Shown: positions 38,858 to 48,964 of the stretch, piece after piece
Layout of the letters: each line of letters starts with the position of its first letter
Numbering within the stretch: the stretch's first letter is position 1
Assembly: GCA_039586365.1 (NCBI GenBank)
Contig: JBDHKN010000032.1
Location: 1-64,000, forward strand
Origin: Gemmatimonadota bacterium
Lineage (GTDB): Bacteria > Gemmatimonadota > Gemmatimonadetes > Gemmatimonadales > GWC2-71-9
Direction of reading: 5' to 3'
DNA length: 64,000 bases
Position numbers and translations under genes: made by a program
Notes under the pieces: model-generated
What the model saw: the letters and a program-made list of their open reading frames with translations, nothing else
Databases searched by the model: none
What the model was told of the DNA's origin: nothing

Positions 38858-39322
38858 TCTGCCACTCCTAGTGAAACAATCTCCTAACGATAGATTGTAT
38901 ACATATACATATTGTCAATATGCATTGTCAACGTGTGGCGAGGAGTTTCGCTTATCGCAATCGCTAAGCGCTTGTGGGCCTGATGCTTAGACGCGCTTAC
39001 CCTGTGGCTGGGTCGTCCCGGAATACGATGTTGCAGGTAGTGCAGGGCCCGCCGGGCAAGGCTGCCCCGTCGGGCTGCTGTAAATGGCATGGCTCCCAGC
39101 TGATGTCAGGCTGGGATGGGACCGCAGCTCATGGCGCAACACCACCCTCAGCCCCAAGACGGCGACTGGGTTCGTTAGCGGAATGCTGCGAAACTGGCTA
39201 TGTGAGGTATGCATGTAGTACGGGGCTGAAACTCGGTCCGCTCTACCCCTCGATCCCGCCGCAAGATTGCCGTAGCCCCTTGCCTCGGTTATTGTTACCA
39301 GCCTGCACCCACCGATGAAAAG

Positions 39323-40021
39323 ATGTCGCTGATACCCAAGTTCGTTGAGCGGGGCTTTGAGGCCTCTCTGGTCCCGATCATACGTTGGCTGATTGCTCGC
39401 CGGGTCCACCCCAACCTGCTCACAACTGTGGGCACGGTTGTCCTCGTCGGCTCCGCGGTCACTTTTGCCATGGGGCTGGTGCGCCTGGGTGGGTTCCTCT
39501 TGTTGCTCAGCGGTGTGTTCGACATGCTGGATGGGCGGGTCGCGCGTGGGAGTGAGCTGGCCAGCAAGTTTGGGGCGTTCTACGACTCGACCCTCGATCG
39601 GTTTGGTGAGGCTGCCCTATTCGGGGGCATCGCGATCTACTTCATGCAGGGCGGTGTCCCGTCGTCACTCGCAGTACCCGCCGTGTGTGTTGCGATGGGT
39701 GCCCTCTCGTGCTCACTTCTGGTGTCGTATGCCAGGGCGCGCGCTGAAGGCCTCGGGCTGCACTGTAAAGTCGGTATCGCTCAGCGGGCTGAGCGGATCC
39801 TGGGATTGGGGGCACCAAGCTTATTCCTCGGTGCCGGACCCAACGGTTTCCTGCTGCTGGGAATCGTGACTCTACTTGCTCTGGTGGCGTTGGTTACAGT
39901 GGTGCAACGGGTGCAACACGTCTACAGAATCACGCGCAAGGTGCGGCGCACGACTCAGATTCGTCGCGCGGCGCCTGTGCTAGCCGAATTACAGGGGAAA
40001 GGAAGTAGTGGTGACAGATAG
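39323..40021 (+). CDS. CDP-alcohol phosphatidyltransferase (phosphatidylinositol-phosphate synthase-like)
   Basis: DMLDGRVAR...GAFYDSTLD signature, VSYARARAEGLG, RAER. Confidence 0.9.
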   Translation: MSLIPKFVERGFEASLVPIIRWLIARRVHPNLLTTVGTVVLVGSAVTFAMGLVRLGGFLLLLSGVFDMLDGRVARGSELASKFGAFYDSTLDRFGEAALFGGIAIYFMQGGVPSSLAVPAVCVAMGALSCSLLVSYARARAEGLGLHCKVGIAQRAERILGLGAPSLFLGAGPNGFLLLGIVTLLALVALVTVVQRVQHVYRITRKVRRTTQIRRAAPVLAELQGKGSSGDR

Positions 40022-41342
40022 ATTCGAAGGTACGATAGCACCCCCTGAGGGCAAACTCGGTGTGCTATTGGTGGGGTTGGGTGCTGTAGCCACGACCTAT
40101 GTGGCCGGAGTTGAGAACATACGGAGGGGACGGGCAAAGCCGGTTGGGTCTCTCGTCGAGATGGGGACGATCCGACTTGGCAAGCGGACCGAGGACCGTT
40201 CGCCCAAGATAAGAGACTTGGTCCCGCTAGCCGATCCGGACAAAGTCGTCTTTGGGGCCTGGGACCCGATACCTGATGATGGGTATGAGTCAGCCAAGAA
40301 GGCTGGCGTATTGGAGTCGGAGCATATCGAACCCATCGGCGAGTTCCTGAAATCGCTCCGGCCCATGCCCGCCGTGTTCGACCAAGCGTACGTTAAGCGG
40401 CTCTCAGGTACCAACGTGAAGAGCGGGAATACCAAGAGGGAACTGGCTGAACAGCTGCGCGAGGATATCCGCGGTTTCAAGCAGAACAACGCCTGCGATC
40501 GCCTCGTCATGATCTGGTGCGCCTCTACTGAAGTGTTCATTCGCCCCGGCCCGGTACACCAGTCGCTGAAAGCCTTTGAGAAGGCGATGGATGAGAACGA
40601 CGCTGGAATTGCACCGTCGATGCTGTACGCGTGGGCCGCTATCATGGAGGGTGTGCCGTTTGCCAATGGGGCACCCAACTTGTGTGTTGATACGCCTGCC
40701 CTGCAGCAACTTGCGGAGGGGAAGGGTGTGGCGATATCCGGTAAGGATTTCAAGACCGGACAGACGATGATGAAGACGGTGATTTCTCCGATGCTGAAAG
40801 CCCGCATGCTTGGCCTGTCTGGGTGGTACTCTACCAACATCCTCGGCAACCGCGACGGAGAGGTGTTGGACGATCCGGAGTCATTCAAGACCAAGGAAGA
40901 GTCCAAGCTCGGAGTCCTCGAGTACATTCTGCAGCCCCACATTTATCCTGAGCTTTATGGGGACATTTACCATAAGGTGCGGATCAACTACTACCCACCC
41001 CGCGGTGACAACAAGGAGGGGTGGGACAACATCGACTTTTTCGGCTGGCTCGAGTACCCGATGCAGATTAAGGTCGATTTTTTGTGTCGTGACTCGATTC
41101 TCGCAGCGCCTCTGGTACATGACTTGACCCTGTTCATGGACCTGGCTCAGCGCGCGCGCATATCGGGCATTCAGGAGTGGTTGTCGTTCTACTTCAAGAG
41201 TCCCATGGCCGCCCCTGGGTTGGTTCCTGAGAACGATCTCTTTATCCAACAAACGAAGCTCAAGAACACGCTCCGCTGGTTGATGGGTGAGGAACAGATA
41301 ACCCATCTGGGGGTGGAGTACTACGAGTATCAGAAGGCGTGA
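40008..41342 (+). CDS. ino1: myo-inositol-1-phosphate synthase
   Basis: VGLGAVA, NGAPN, GKDFKTGQT, NILGNRDG, GDNKE, DSILAAP, FYFKSP. Confidence 0.95.
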   Translation: MVTDRFEGTIAPPEGKLGVLLVGLGAVATTYVAGVENIRRGRAKPVGSLVEMGTIRLGKRTEDRSPKIRDLVPLADPDKVVFGAWDPIPDDGYESAKKAGVLESEHIEPIGEFLKSLRPMPAVFDQAYVKRLSGTNVKSGNTKRELAEQLREDIRGFKQNNACDRLVMIWCASTEVFIRPGPVHQSLKAFEKAMDENDAGIAPSMLYAWAAIMEGVPFANGAPNLCVDTPALQQLAEGKGVAISGKDFKTGQTMMKTVISPMLKARMLGLSGWYSTNILGNRDGEVLDDPESFKTKEESKLGVLEYILQPHIYPELYGDIYHKVRINYYPPRGDNKEGWDNIDFFGWLEYPMQIKVDFLCRDSILAAPLVHDLTLFMDLAQRARISGIQEWLSFYFKSPMAAPGLVPENDLFIQQTKLKNTLRWLMGEEQITHLGVEYYEYQKA

Positions 41343-41767
41343 GTCTGGCCGATGTAGTCGTCGCGACGCTCGGCATCGTGCTCATCGTGGGAGAACTCTG
41401 GTTCTTCCTGGGCCCGCACAAGCCGGTGCCGTTCCGCACGCCACGCGACCACCTGCAGGAGATCAAGGTCCTCGTCAAGGGTGGCTACGATCCCGATACA
41501 ATTCCGGTCGAGGCGGGCCGCCCGGTCCGCCTGCTCTTCTACCGAGACGAGACAGAGGAGTGCTCCTCCACGGTGACGTTCGAGAGTCTCGGTATCCAAA
41601 GGGAACTGCCGGCATTTAAGACCACTGCTATCGAATTCACACCAGAGCAGCCGGGCGACTACCCGTTCCACTGCGGTCTATCGGTGCTGCACGGCCGCGT
41701 GGTAGCACAGTTGGGTCGCGAGGGCGCCCGCGCCAATCTCGGTAAGGGGCACGCCAAGCATGGGTGA
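41339..41767 (+). CDS. Membrane-anchored cupredoxin-domain protein (CupA-like)
   Basis: N-terminal [20 protein letters not shown]; directly upstream of copA. Confidence 0.8.
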   Translation: MSLADVVVATLGIVLIVGELWFFLGPHKPVPFRTPRDHLQEIKVLVKGGYDPDTIPVEAGRPVRLLFYRDETEECSSTVTFESLGIQRELPAFKTTAIEFTPEQPGDYPFHCGLSVLHGRVVAQLGREGARANLGKGHAKHG

Positions 41768-44303
41768 CGCGCGTATTACGTTGCCGGTCGAAGGGATGAC
41801 GTGCGGTGCCTGTGCGGTGACCGTTCAAAAGCGCTTGCTCAAAGAACCCGGCGTGAAGGAGGCGGCCGTCAACTACGCGACCGGGAAATCGACCGTTACC
41901 CTCGATGACTCGATAACCAGTGTCGCGATGTTGGTCTCGGCGGTCCGGGATGCGGGCTACGACTGCGCCAAGACATCGATCTCGTTCGGGGTCGAGGGGC
42001 TGCACTATGCCAGTGGCACCAGTCGTCTGGAGCACGCCCTCACGGCGCTTCCTGGCGTACTGGCTGCCAGTGCAAATCAGGCTACCGAGCAGGTTCGGGT
42101 GGAATACGTGCCCGGGCTCGTTACCTCGCGGGCACTGGAACAAGCGGTTAAGCAGGTTGGCTTCATGGTAGCCGCACCGTTGGCTGAGGAAGACCCGGTT
42201 GAACGTGAACGTGTGCGCCTACGCAGAGAGGTTCGGCAACTGACCTGGAAGTTCGTTGTGGCCGCGTTCGCAGCCATCGCAACCATGGTGGGCTCGATGC
42301 CCCTCATGATGCAGAACGGTGTCAAAGGCAGCGATCTGTTTGCCCGCTTGATGCGGCCGATGGGAGGAGTGCTACGGAATCTCCTACCCATCCTCTACGA
42401 GCTTGACACCACCGCTTTGAAACTCGTCATGCTCGCGCTGACGATTCCAGTACTGGTGTGGGGTGGTCGGCAGTTCTACGCTGCGGCTTGGAGCGGTCTC
42501 AAGCATCGGTCCGCTGACATGAACACGCTCATCGCAGTTGGAACTGGTGCAGCCTTCCTGTATTCAACGGCGGCGACCGTACTGCCCGCGGTGTTCCGGT
42601 CGGCCGGACTGTCAGCAGATGTCTACTTCGAGGGAGTGAACGCGATCATAGCACTCATCCTGCTGGGGCGGCTGTTTGAGGCGAAGGCGAAGGGTAGCAC
42701 GTCGGCTGCCATCGGTCGCCTGCTGGCGATGAGGCCCAAGGCCGCAAGGGTCCAGCGTCGCGGGCAAGACTTGGATATCCCGATTGAGCGCGTCGAAGTG
42801 GGCGATCGAGTACTCGTGCGGCCAGGTGAGACGATCCCTGTAGATGGAATCGTTGTCTCGGGTGAGTCGAGCGTGTCTGAAGCGATGCTCACCGGCGAGC
42901 CGCTGCCGGTCGAAAAGAAGCCAGGCGACAAAGTTGTGGGCGGTACCACCAACGGTCGGGGCTCTTTCGTTTTCACGGCCGATGCCGTTGGAAAGGACAC
43001 GATGCTGGCCCAGATCGTCCGCTTGGTGGAAGAAGCGCAGGGAACCAAAGCGCCGGTTCAGCGGTTGGCTGATAGAGTTGCCGGTGTATTCGTGCCGATC
43101 GTCATAGCAGTTGCGATTATGGCGTTCGTAGTGTGGTTTGTGATTGGGCCGGCGCCAGAGGTCGTGTTCGCCACGGTGGCTCTGGTGACCGTCCTCGTGA
43201 TCGCCTGCCCATGCGCCCTGGGGCTCGCGACGCCAACGGCAATCATGGTTGGGACGGGCAAGGGAGCGGAGCTGGGCATCTTGATTCGAGGTGGCGAAGC
43301 GCTGGAACACGTGCAGCGCGTCGATACCATCGTATTCGACAAGACCGGCACGATCACGGCCGGGGCGCCCAGCGTGACTCATGTTCTGGGTGTGAAACGT
43401 TCCGACGGGAGTGTCGTCGGAACGACGGAGTTGCTCAAGCTCGCGGCGGCCGTCGAGGCACGCTCCGAGCATCCGTTCGCGGCAGCGATTGCATCCGCTG
43501 CCCGAGACAAGGGCATCGACATCCCGGGAGTCGAGCGGTTTGTAGCGATGGAAGGGAGAGGCGTGCGGGGGATAGTCGGCAAGTATCTGGTTGAGGTGAT
43601 CAGCATGCGGCATGCAGAGGAACGCAGCCTCGATCTGGGTGATCTAACTGGCAAAGCTGAGCGGCATGTCTTGGCGGGTCGGTCGCCCGTCGTGCTAGTG
43701 GTGAACGACACCGTGCAGGGTCTGATCATGATCGCGGATCCAATCAAGCCGCGGGCCAAGGCCACGGTGGAGCGGCTCAAGAAGATGGGCTACGATTTGT
43801 TCATCCTGAGCGGTGACAGCAAGGTGTCGACGGGGCTGGTGGCCAAGGAAGTGGGCATCGATCGGGTGATCGCTGAGGTTGCTCCGAAGGACAAGGCCGA
43901 TGAAGTGAAGCGACTGCAGCAGGATGGCAAAGTGGTGGCTATGGTGGGTGACGGGATAAACGATGCCGCCGCCCTCGCGCAAGCCGATGTCGGGTTTTCC
44001 ATCGGCACTGGGGCTGATGTGGCTGTAGAGGCTTCGGACCTTACACTGATCCGCGGGGACCTATCTGCTGTGGTGACGGCAATCGAGCTTTCGCGTCGAA
44101 CCGTTCGAGCGATCCGCGGCAATCTCTTTTTTGCATTCGTGTACAATACCGTAGGCATACCGTTAGCGGCCGGGGTATTGTACCCATTCACTGGACTGCT
44201 ACTGAGTCCCGTCTTTGCCAGCGCTGCGATGTCTCTATCCAGTCTCAGCGTGGTAGGTAACAGCTTGCGACTCAGGAGATTCGTTCCAGCAAAGGTTTCG
44301 TGA
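41760..44303 (+). CDS. copA: Cu(I)-translocating P1B-type ATPase
   Basis: GMTCGAC, TGE, CPC, DKTGT, SEHP, GDGIND, YN and MxxSS TM motifs. Confidence 0.95.
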   Translation: MGDARITLPVEGMTCGACAVTVQKRLLKEPGVKEAAVNYATGKSTVTLDDSITSVAMLVSAVRDAGYDCAKTSISFGVEGLHYASGTSRLEHALTALPGVLAASANQATEQVRVEYVPGLVTSRALEQAVKQVGFMVAAPLAEEDPVERERVRLRREVRQLTWKFVVAAFAAIATMVGSMPLMMQNGVKGSDLFARLMRPMGGVLRNLLPILYELDTTALKLVMLALTIPVLVWGGRQFYAAAWSGLKHRSADMNTLIAVGTGAAFLYSTAATVLPAVFRSAGLSADVYFEGVNAIIALILLGRLFEAKAKGSTSAAIGRLLAMRPKAARVQRRGQDLDIPIERVEVGDRVLVRPGETIPVDGIVVSGESSVSEAMLTGEPLPVEKKPGDKVVGGTTNGRGSFVFTADAVGKDTMLAQIVRLVEEAQGTKAPVQRLADRVAGVFVPIVIAVAIMAFVVWFVIGPAPEVVFATVALVTVLVIACPCALGLATPTAIMVGTGKGAELGILIRGGEALEHVQRVDTIVFDKTGTITAGAPSVTHVLGVKRSDGSVVGTTELLKLAAAVEARSEHPFAAAIASAARDKGIDIPGVERFVAMEGRGVRGIVGKYLVEVISMRHAEERSLDLGDLTGKAERHVLAGRSPVVLVVNDTVQGLIMIADPIKPRAKATVERLKKMGYDLFILSGDSKVSTGLVAKEVGIDRVIAEVAPKDKADEVKRLQQDGKVVAMVGDGINDAAALAQADVGFSIGTGADVAVEASDLTLIRGDLSAVVTAIELSRRTVRAIRGNLFFAFVYNTVGIPLAAGVLYPFTGLLLSPVFASAAMSLSSLSVVGNSLRLRRFVPAKVS

Positions 44304-44306
44304 CTC

Positions 44307-44597
44307 ATGCGCTACTTTCATCGCACAGCCGCATCTCTCGACGAGGTACTCCAGGAAGCTGACCGGTACTTCCCTCCCCATGCAGCGTCGCAGGACTCGG
44401 GCGAGCATCATCGGGTGTACGGCGGGACTGTAGGTCGGATCACGCTGAACGTTCATGCCGAGGGTGGTCACTACACGTTGGTTGCAGTTGAGACCGACCA
44501 GGTCGGCGAGAGTGAGGCCGACAAGATTGCAAAGCGTTTCCTGACCAAAGTCCACCAGCTCGCCGAGCCGTCACACGTGGCTCGAGGAGCCTACTGA
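44307..44597 (+). CDS. Hypothetical protein
   Basis: ORF tightly packed between copA and copZ on the same strand. Confidence 0.6.
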   Translation: MRYFHRTAASLDEVLQEADRYFPPHAASQDSGEHHRVYGGTVGRITLNVHAEGGHYTLVAVETDQVGESEADKIAKRFLTKVHQLAEPSHVARGAY

Positions 44598-44614
44598 TCT
44601 CAGAGGGACATACT

Positions 44615-44830
44615 GTGGCATCCATTCAGCTGAAAGTCTCTGGCATGACTTGCGATCACTGCCGTGGGAGGGTCGAGACCGCGTTGCAACAAGTCGCCGG
44701 CGTTTACTCGGTGTTTGTTGATCTGGGCGAGGGCTCGGCCGAGGTCGATTTCGACGCTGCCGCGGTGACACCAGAAGTGTTAGTGGGTGCGGTCAAATCA
44801 GCTGGCTACGACGCGCTACCTGCCAGCTGA
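44615..44830 (+). CDS. copZ: Copper chaperone (HMA domain)
   Basis: GMTCDHC...AGY. Confidence 0.9.
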   Translation: MASIQLKVSGMTCDHCRGRVETALQQVAGVYSVFVDLGEGSAEVDFDAAAVTPEVLVGAVKSAGYDALPAS

Positions 44831-44908
44831 TATCACCCTCACCGCCAGCTTCCACCGGGTCGCGGACTGCCCTCCGACTGCGGTGGATTTTTCCGTTTGG
44901 GAGCCGCA

Positions 44909-45889
44909 ATGGCTGAAGTGACTTATCTCGAGGCGCTGCGCCAGGGTCTGCGTGAGGAAATGAGACGTGACCCGAACGTTCTCTTGATCGGTGAGGACAT
45001 AGGCGTCTACGGTGGTGCCTTCAAGGTCACCGCTGGTTTTCTGGATGAGTTTGGCCCCGCCCGGGTCGTAGACACCCCCATCAGTGAGACGGCGATAATC
45101 GGTGCGGCTGCCGGAGCAGCGCACATGGGATTCCGCCCCGTGGTCGAGATGCAGTTCATCGACTTCATTGCATCCGCCTACGACATCATCACCAACTATG
45201 TGGCAACCGCCCGATACCGTGCCGGGCTCGCAACCCCCCTCGTCGTGCGCGGTCCCTGCGGGGGTTATGTAAGGGGTGGCCCGTTCCACTCGCAAATGCC
45301 AGAGGCCGCGTTCTTCCATACTCCGGGGCTAAAACTGGTATGTCCGGCAACCGTGCGGGACGCCAAGGGGCTGATCAGAGCTGCCATCCGCGATGATGAT
45401 CCCGTCATCTACTTCGAGCACAAGTACTTGTATCGCCGTCTCAAAGAGGATCTGCCCGAGCACGAAGACGTGTTTACTCCCATCGGCGAGGCGCGGATAG
45501 TACGAGGGGGGACGGACCTAACCATCGTCAGTTGGTCTGCGGCCTTGTGGCACGCGCTCGATGCGGCAGCGAAGATCAGCGAACAGGACGGGGCGTCGAT
45601 CGAGGTCATCGATCTCAGGACGCTGCTGCCCATGGACCACCAAGCCATTGTCTCCTCTGTGCGAAACACCAACAAGCTGTTGATAGTTCACGAGGATACG
45701 CGTACGGGTGGTATCGCCGGTGAAATCACGGCGCGGGTCCAAGAGGAAGCGTTTGCATGGCTCGATGCCCCCATCATGCGAGTCACTGCTGAAGACACGC
45801 CGTTGCCGTACTCGGCGCCGCTGGAGGATTTCGTGCTACCGCAGATTACCGACATCATCAGTGCTGCTCGTCAGCTGCTAGCTTACTAG
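44909..45889 (+). CDS. 2-oxoacid dehydrogenase E1 beta subunit
   Basis: GEDIGVYGGAF, DTPISE, EMQFIDF, HSQ, DLRTL. Confidence 0.95.
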   Translation: MAEVTYLEALRQGLREEMRRDPNVLLIGEDIGVYGGAFKVTAGFLDEFGPARVVDTPISETAIIGAAAGAAHMGFRPVVEMQFIDFIASAYDIITNYVATARYRAGLATPLVVRGPCGGYVRGGPFHSQMPEAAFFHTPGLKLVCPATVRDAKGLIRAAIRDDDPVIYFEHKYLYRRLKEDLPEHEDVFTPIGEARIVRGGTDLTIVSWSAALWHALDAAAKISEQDGASIEVIDLRTLLPMDHQAIVSSVRNTNKLLIVHEDTRTGGIAGEITARVQEEAFAWLDAPIMRVTAEDTPLPYSAPLEDFVLPQITDIISAARQLLAY

Positions 45890-46332
45890 GGCAGCGGGTG
45901 GGACCAGAGCAACGTGTCAGTGGAAAAGGGGAGCAACTTGGGGCCCTGCGATTGCTGAATGATGTGCCGCTGAACTCTGGTAACAGCTGCCGCGTTTCGC
46001 AACGCGAAGCACCACGATTTGTCACCCCAAATGGGTCGATACCAAGGGGTTGCTGACCCGGTGCTGCGGACGACAGGGGCGGCGGCCTTTTTCACCTTGC
46101 GGATCACCTCTTGTCTGCGCAGCCGCGGAGGGGTCTTGACCAACAGCCGCACTTGAGTCGGGCTGACACACACGGCATGTACGGACCAACCCGGAAACCT
46201 GCAGGAGTCTCTTATCGACCGCTCGCAGAATCTTGCGGTAGCTGGTATTTTCAACAACTCTCGGCGGCGGTACGTGGTGCAGACTACATGGTACCACTTA
46301 GCGGCGGCCGACGGGTTCGCATATGGATTCAT
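45886..46332 (-). CDS. IS200/IS605-family TnpA (Y1) homolog with degenerate catalytic residues
   Basis: YHVVCTTYRR, PTQVRLLVKTPP (HUH position), IW, RHIIQQ (YIxxQ position). Confidence 0.6.
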   Translation of the reverse strand: MNPYANPSAAAKWYHVVCTTYRRRELLKIPATARFCERSIRDSCRFPGWSVHAVCVSPTQVRLLVKTPPRLRRQEVIRKVKKAAAPVVRSTGSATPWYRPIWGDKSWCFALRNAAAVTRVQRHIIQQSQGPKLLPFSTDTLLWSHPLP

Positions 46333-46436
46333 GGCATGCAGTATGTGTGCGGTCCGCCCCGCCGGAGTACCCGAAACTGCGCAGCCGGGACCACTTCTTT
46401 TCGCTCCAGAGTTGAGCTAGCTCCGAGGAGATCTGC

Positions 46437-47780
46437 ATGGCGCGGATAGACGTCGTGATGCCGCAAATGGGAGAGTCAATCGTCGAAGGCACGGTGGCTC
46501 GATGGCTCAAGAGGGTCGGTGATGACGTCGAGCGGGATGAGGCCATCTTAGAGATTTCCACGGACAAGGTGGATGCGGAGATTCCGTCACCGGCTGCCGG
46601 TGTCATGGCGGAAATCAAGGTGGAGGAAGGACAGACGGTAGAGGTACAGTCGGTCATCGCGGTAATTGAGACCGACCAGAGTGGAGCGGCAGCCGCCGGC
46701 ACCGCAGCCGCCGTGGCGGAACCGTCTCACAGTGCTACTCAAGCAGAGGCGCCAGTGGTGAGTGCCATGGCTGTGGGGCAGCCGGAGCCGACCCCAGCTA
46801 AGCAGCCAGAGCCCGGGATTGCTGCCGCGGGGGAGGCGTCGCACGAACGCTTGAAGCGTTTCTCTACGCCGCTGGTCCGCAAGATCGCTGCCGAACATGA
46901 CGTGGACATCAGTGCTATCGCAGGGACAGGGCACGCCGGCCGAGTCACGAAGAGGGACATCCTGAATTTCATTGAGCACAGGGGAACTGGCACGGGCTCG
47001 GCAGCTGCTGCCGTCGCCCCCCCCCGGGCCCCGGGCGGACCGATCGGTGAAGGGACTGCCCATCCTACTGTGGAACCTTGGCCTGGTGACCGCGTGGAGC
47101 CGATGACTCGCATTCGGAAGCTCACGGCGGACCACATGGTGCTATCGCGTCGTGTATCAGCGCACGTGACCAGCTTCTACGAGGTTGATTTCACCCGAAT
47201 TGCTCAGATCCGTCAGGCCAAGAAGGAATACGAAGAGCACGGCGCGAAGCTCACATACTTGGTGTTTATCGCCAAAGTGATCGCCGACAGACTCCGGCAA
47301 CATCCTGTGCTCAACGCTTCGGTAAGCGGTGATAGCATCATCTATCGAAGGCAGATCAACCTGGGTATTGCCGTGGCATTGGACTGGGGTCTCATCGTGC
47401 CGGTGCTCAGAGATGCTGACGAACTATCTCTGATTGGAATCGCCAAACGCATGGCTGATCTGGGTGAACGTGCTCGTACAAAACGACTGAGCCCTGATGA
47501 GGTACAGAACGGCACTTTCACTATCACGAACCCAGGTGTCTTCGGCTCGTACATGGGAGCTCCGATTATCAACCAGCCGCAGGTCGCCATCCTGGGTGTG
47601 GGCGCAATTGGGAAACGGCCCAAAGTGGTCACCGTGGACGGCCAAGACGCACTCGTGATCCGCACCTTGGGAATGTTGTCGCTCTCCTTCGATCACCGCA
47701 TCGTGGACGGTGCAGACGCTGATCGGTTCATGGTTGACGTGACGCGGGATCTGGAAGACTTCGTGGAAGGAGTTGTTTGA
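46437..47780 (+). CDS. 2-oxoacid dehydrogenase E2 dihydrolipoamide acyltransferase
   Basis: Lipoyl domain EISTDKV, E3-binding TPLVRKIA...GRVTKRD, FDHRIVDG. Confidence 0.95.
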   Translation: MARIDVVMPQMGESIVEGTVARWLKRVGDDVERDEAILEISTDKVDAEIPSPAAGVMAEIKVEEGQTVEVQSVIAVIETDQSGAAAAGTAAAVAEPSHSATQAEAPVVSAMAVGQPEPTPAKQPEPGIAAAGEASHERLKRFSTPLVRKIAAEHDVDISAIAGTGHAGRVTKRDILNFIEHRGTGTGSAAAAVAPPRAPGGPIGEGTAHPTVEPWPGDRVEPMTRIRKLTADHMVLSRRVSAHVTSFYEVDFTRIAQIRQAKKEYEEHGAKLTYLVFIAKVIADRLRQHPVLNASVSGDSIIYRRQINLGIAVALDWGLIVPVLRDADELSLIGIAKRMADLGERARTKRLSPDEVQNGTFTITNPGVFGSYMGAPIINQPQVAILGVGAIGKRPKVVTVDGQDALVIRTLGMLSLSFDHRIVDGADADRFMVDVTRDLEDFVEGVV

Positions 47781-48055
47781 TGGCGAGACGAAGCATCGAG
47801 ATCGATGGCGAGCAGTGGGACGTCTATCCATCAGGACGAGTAACTGCTTACACGCTTGACGAGTTCGGACTCGTGTTCGAGAAAGGCACTGGACCGGAAC
47901 GAGTCCTCAGAGTCACGCGGTTTTCGCCGCTGGGTCCTCGCCGGCGGGATGCTGCCCTAGCGGAACTGTCTGATCGGCGGCTGGAGGAGCTCTATCGCCA
48001 ATCGCAGCCACCCCGCACTAGTCCGGAGTTGGACTATCGGAGGCACACCGGCTAA
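47780..48055 (+). CDS. Hypothetical protein
   Basis: Start overlaps the E2 stop; next gene starts 3 nt after its stop. Confidence 0.65.
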   Translation: MARRSIEIDGEQWDVYPSGRVTAYTLDEFGLVFEKGTGPERVLRVTRFSPLGPRRRDAALAELSDRRLEELYRQSQPPRTSPELDYRRHTG

Positions 48056-48058
48056 CCC

Positions 48059-48913
48059 GTGTCCGTCGTTGATCTTCACGTACACTCCACGGCATCAGAC
48101 GGCGAGAACACACCAGCCGAGGTGGTCCGCCGAGCCGCGGCTGTGCGCTTGTCGAGCATTGCGCTGACGGATCATGATACTTTGGGTGGCATTCCGGAGG
48201 CGTTAGCTGCGGGTGCCGAGCACGGGGTCAGAATCATCACGGGGTGTGAGTTCAGTGTGCAAGTGCAGTGGGGAGAGATGCACCTGCTGGCGTATTTCCT
48301 ACCCAATGACAATCCAGACTTGGCACGGTTCCTTTTGGGCGAACGGGACAAGCGTGTCGATCGGGCATACGCGATGGTCGAACGTCTGAACCGAGCAAAG
48401 GTCGCGACGGATCCCGATGCGGTGCTTGCGGAAGCTGCGGGAGGTGCGGTTGGGCGCCCGCACCTGGCCCGCGTCCTCGTAAGGGACGGTGTGGTCAAGA
48501 CTACTGACGAAGCCTTCCACAGGTTCCTTGGATCGGGCAAACCTGGCTACGTGCCGAAGGATCTTCCATCTGTAGAGGACGTGACGGCATTGGTTTGTGG
48601 GTTGGGGGGGGTAACTTCAGCTGCTCATCTTCGCTCTCGGGCCAGTCGGGTGACGCTGGAACAACTGCGCAAGGTGGGAGTGGATGCAGTGGAGGTGATG
48701 CACCCGGTGCACAACCGAGCGACCAGCGACAGGATCCGCGGTCTTGCAGGCGATATTGGGCTACTGGTCACTGGCGGTTCGGACTGGCACGGCGATAGTG
48801 CTCTGGGCAATGACCGCGCGCCCCTTGGCTCACTGCGGGTTCCTGAATCTTGGCTCAGCGGAATCGAGCTATTGCACCGGGAACGTGTGGCCAATACCGG
48901 GGCCGCAAGGTGA
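48059..48913 (+). CDS. PHP-domain phosphoesterase (TrpH/YciV-like)
   Basis: DLHVHSTASDG, LTDHDT, GRPH, AH, GGSDWHG. Confidence 0.92.
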   Translation: MSVVDLHVHSTASDGENTPAEVVRRAAAVRLSSIALTDHDTLGGIPEALAAGAEHGVRIITGCEFSVQVQWGEMHLLAYFLPNDNPDLARFLLGERDKRVDRAYAMVERLNRAKVATDPDAVLAEAAGGAVGRPHLARVLVRDGVVKTTDEAFHRFLGSGKPGYVPKDLPSVEDVTALVCGLGGVTSAAHLRSRASRVTLEQLRKVGVDAVEVMHPVHNRATSDRIRGLAGDIGLLVTGGSDWHGDSALGNDRAPLGSLRVPESWLSGIELLHRERVANTGAAR

Positions 48914-48964
48914 TCACAGGTATCGATAGACAATTATCAACTACGTGCAGAATTGGGGATAACG

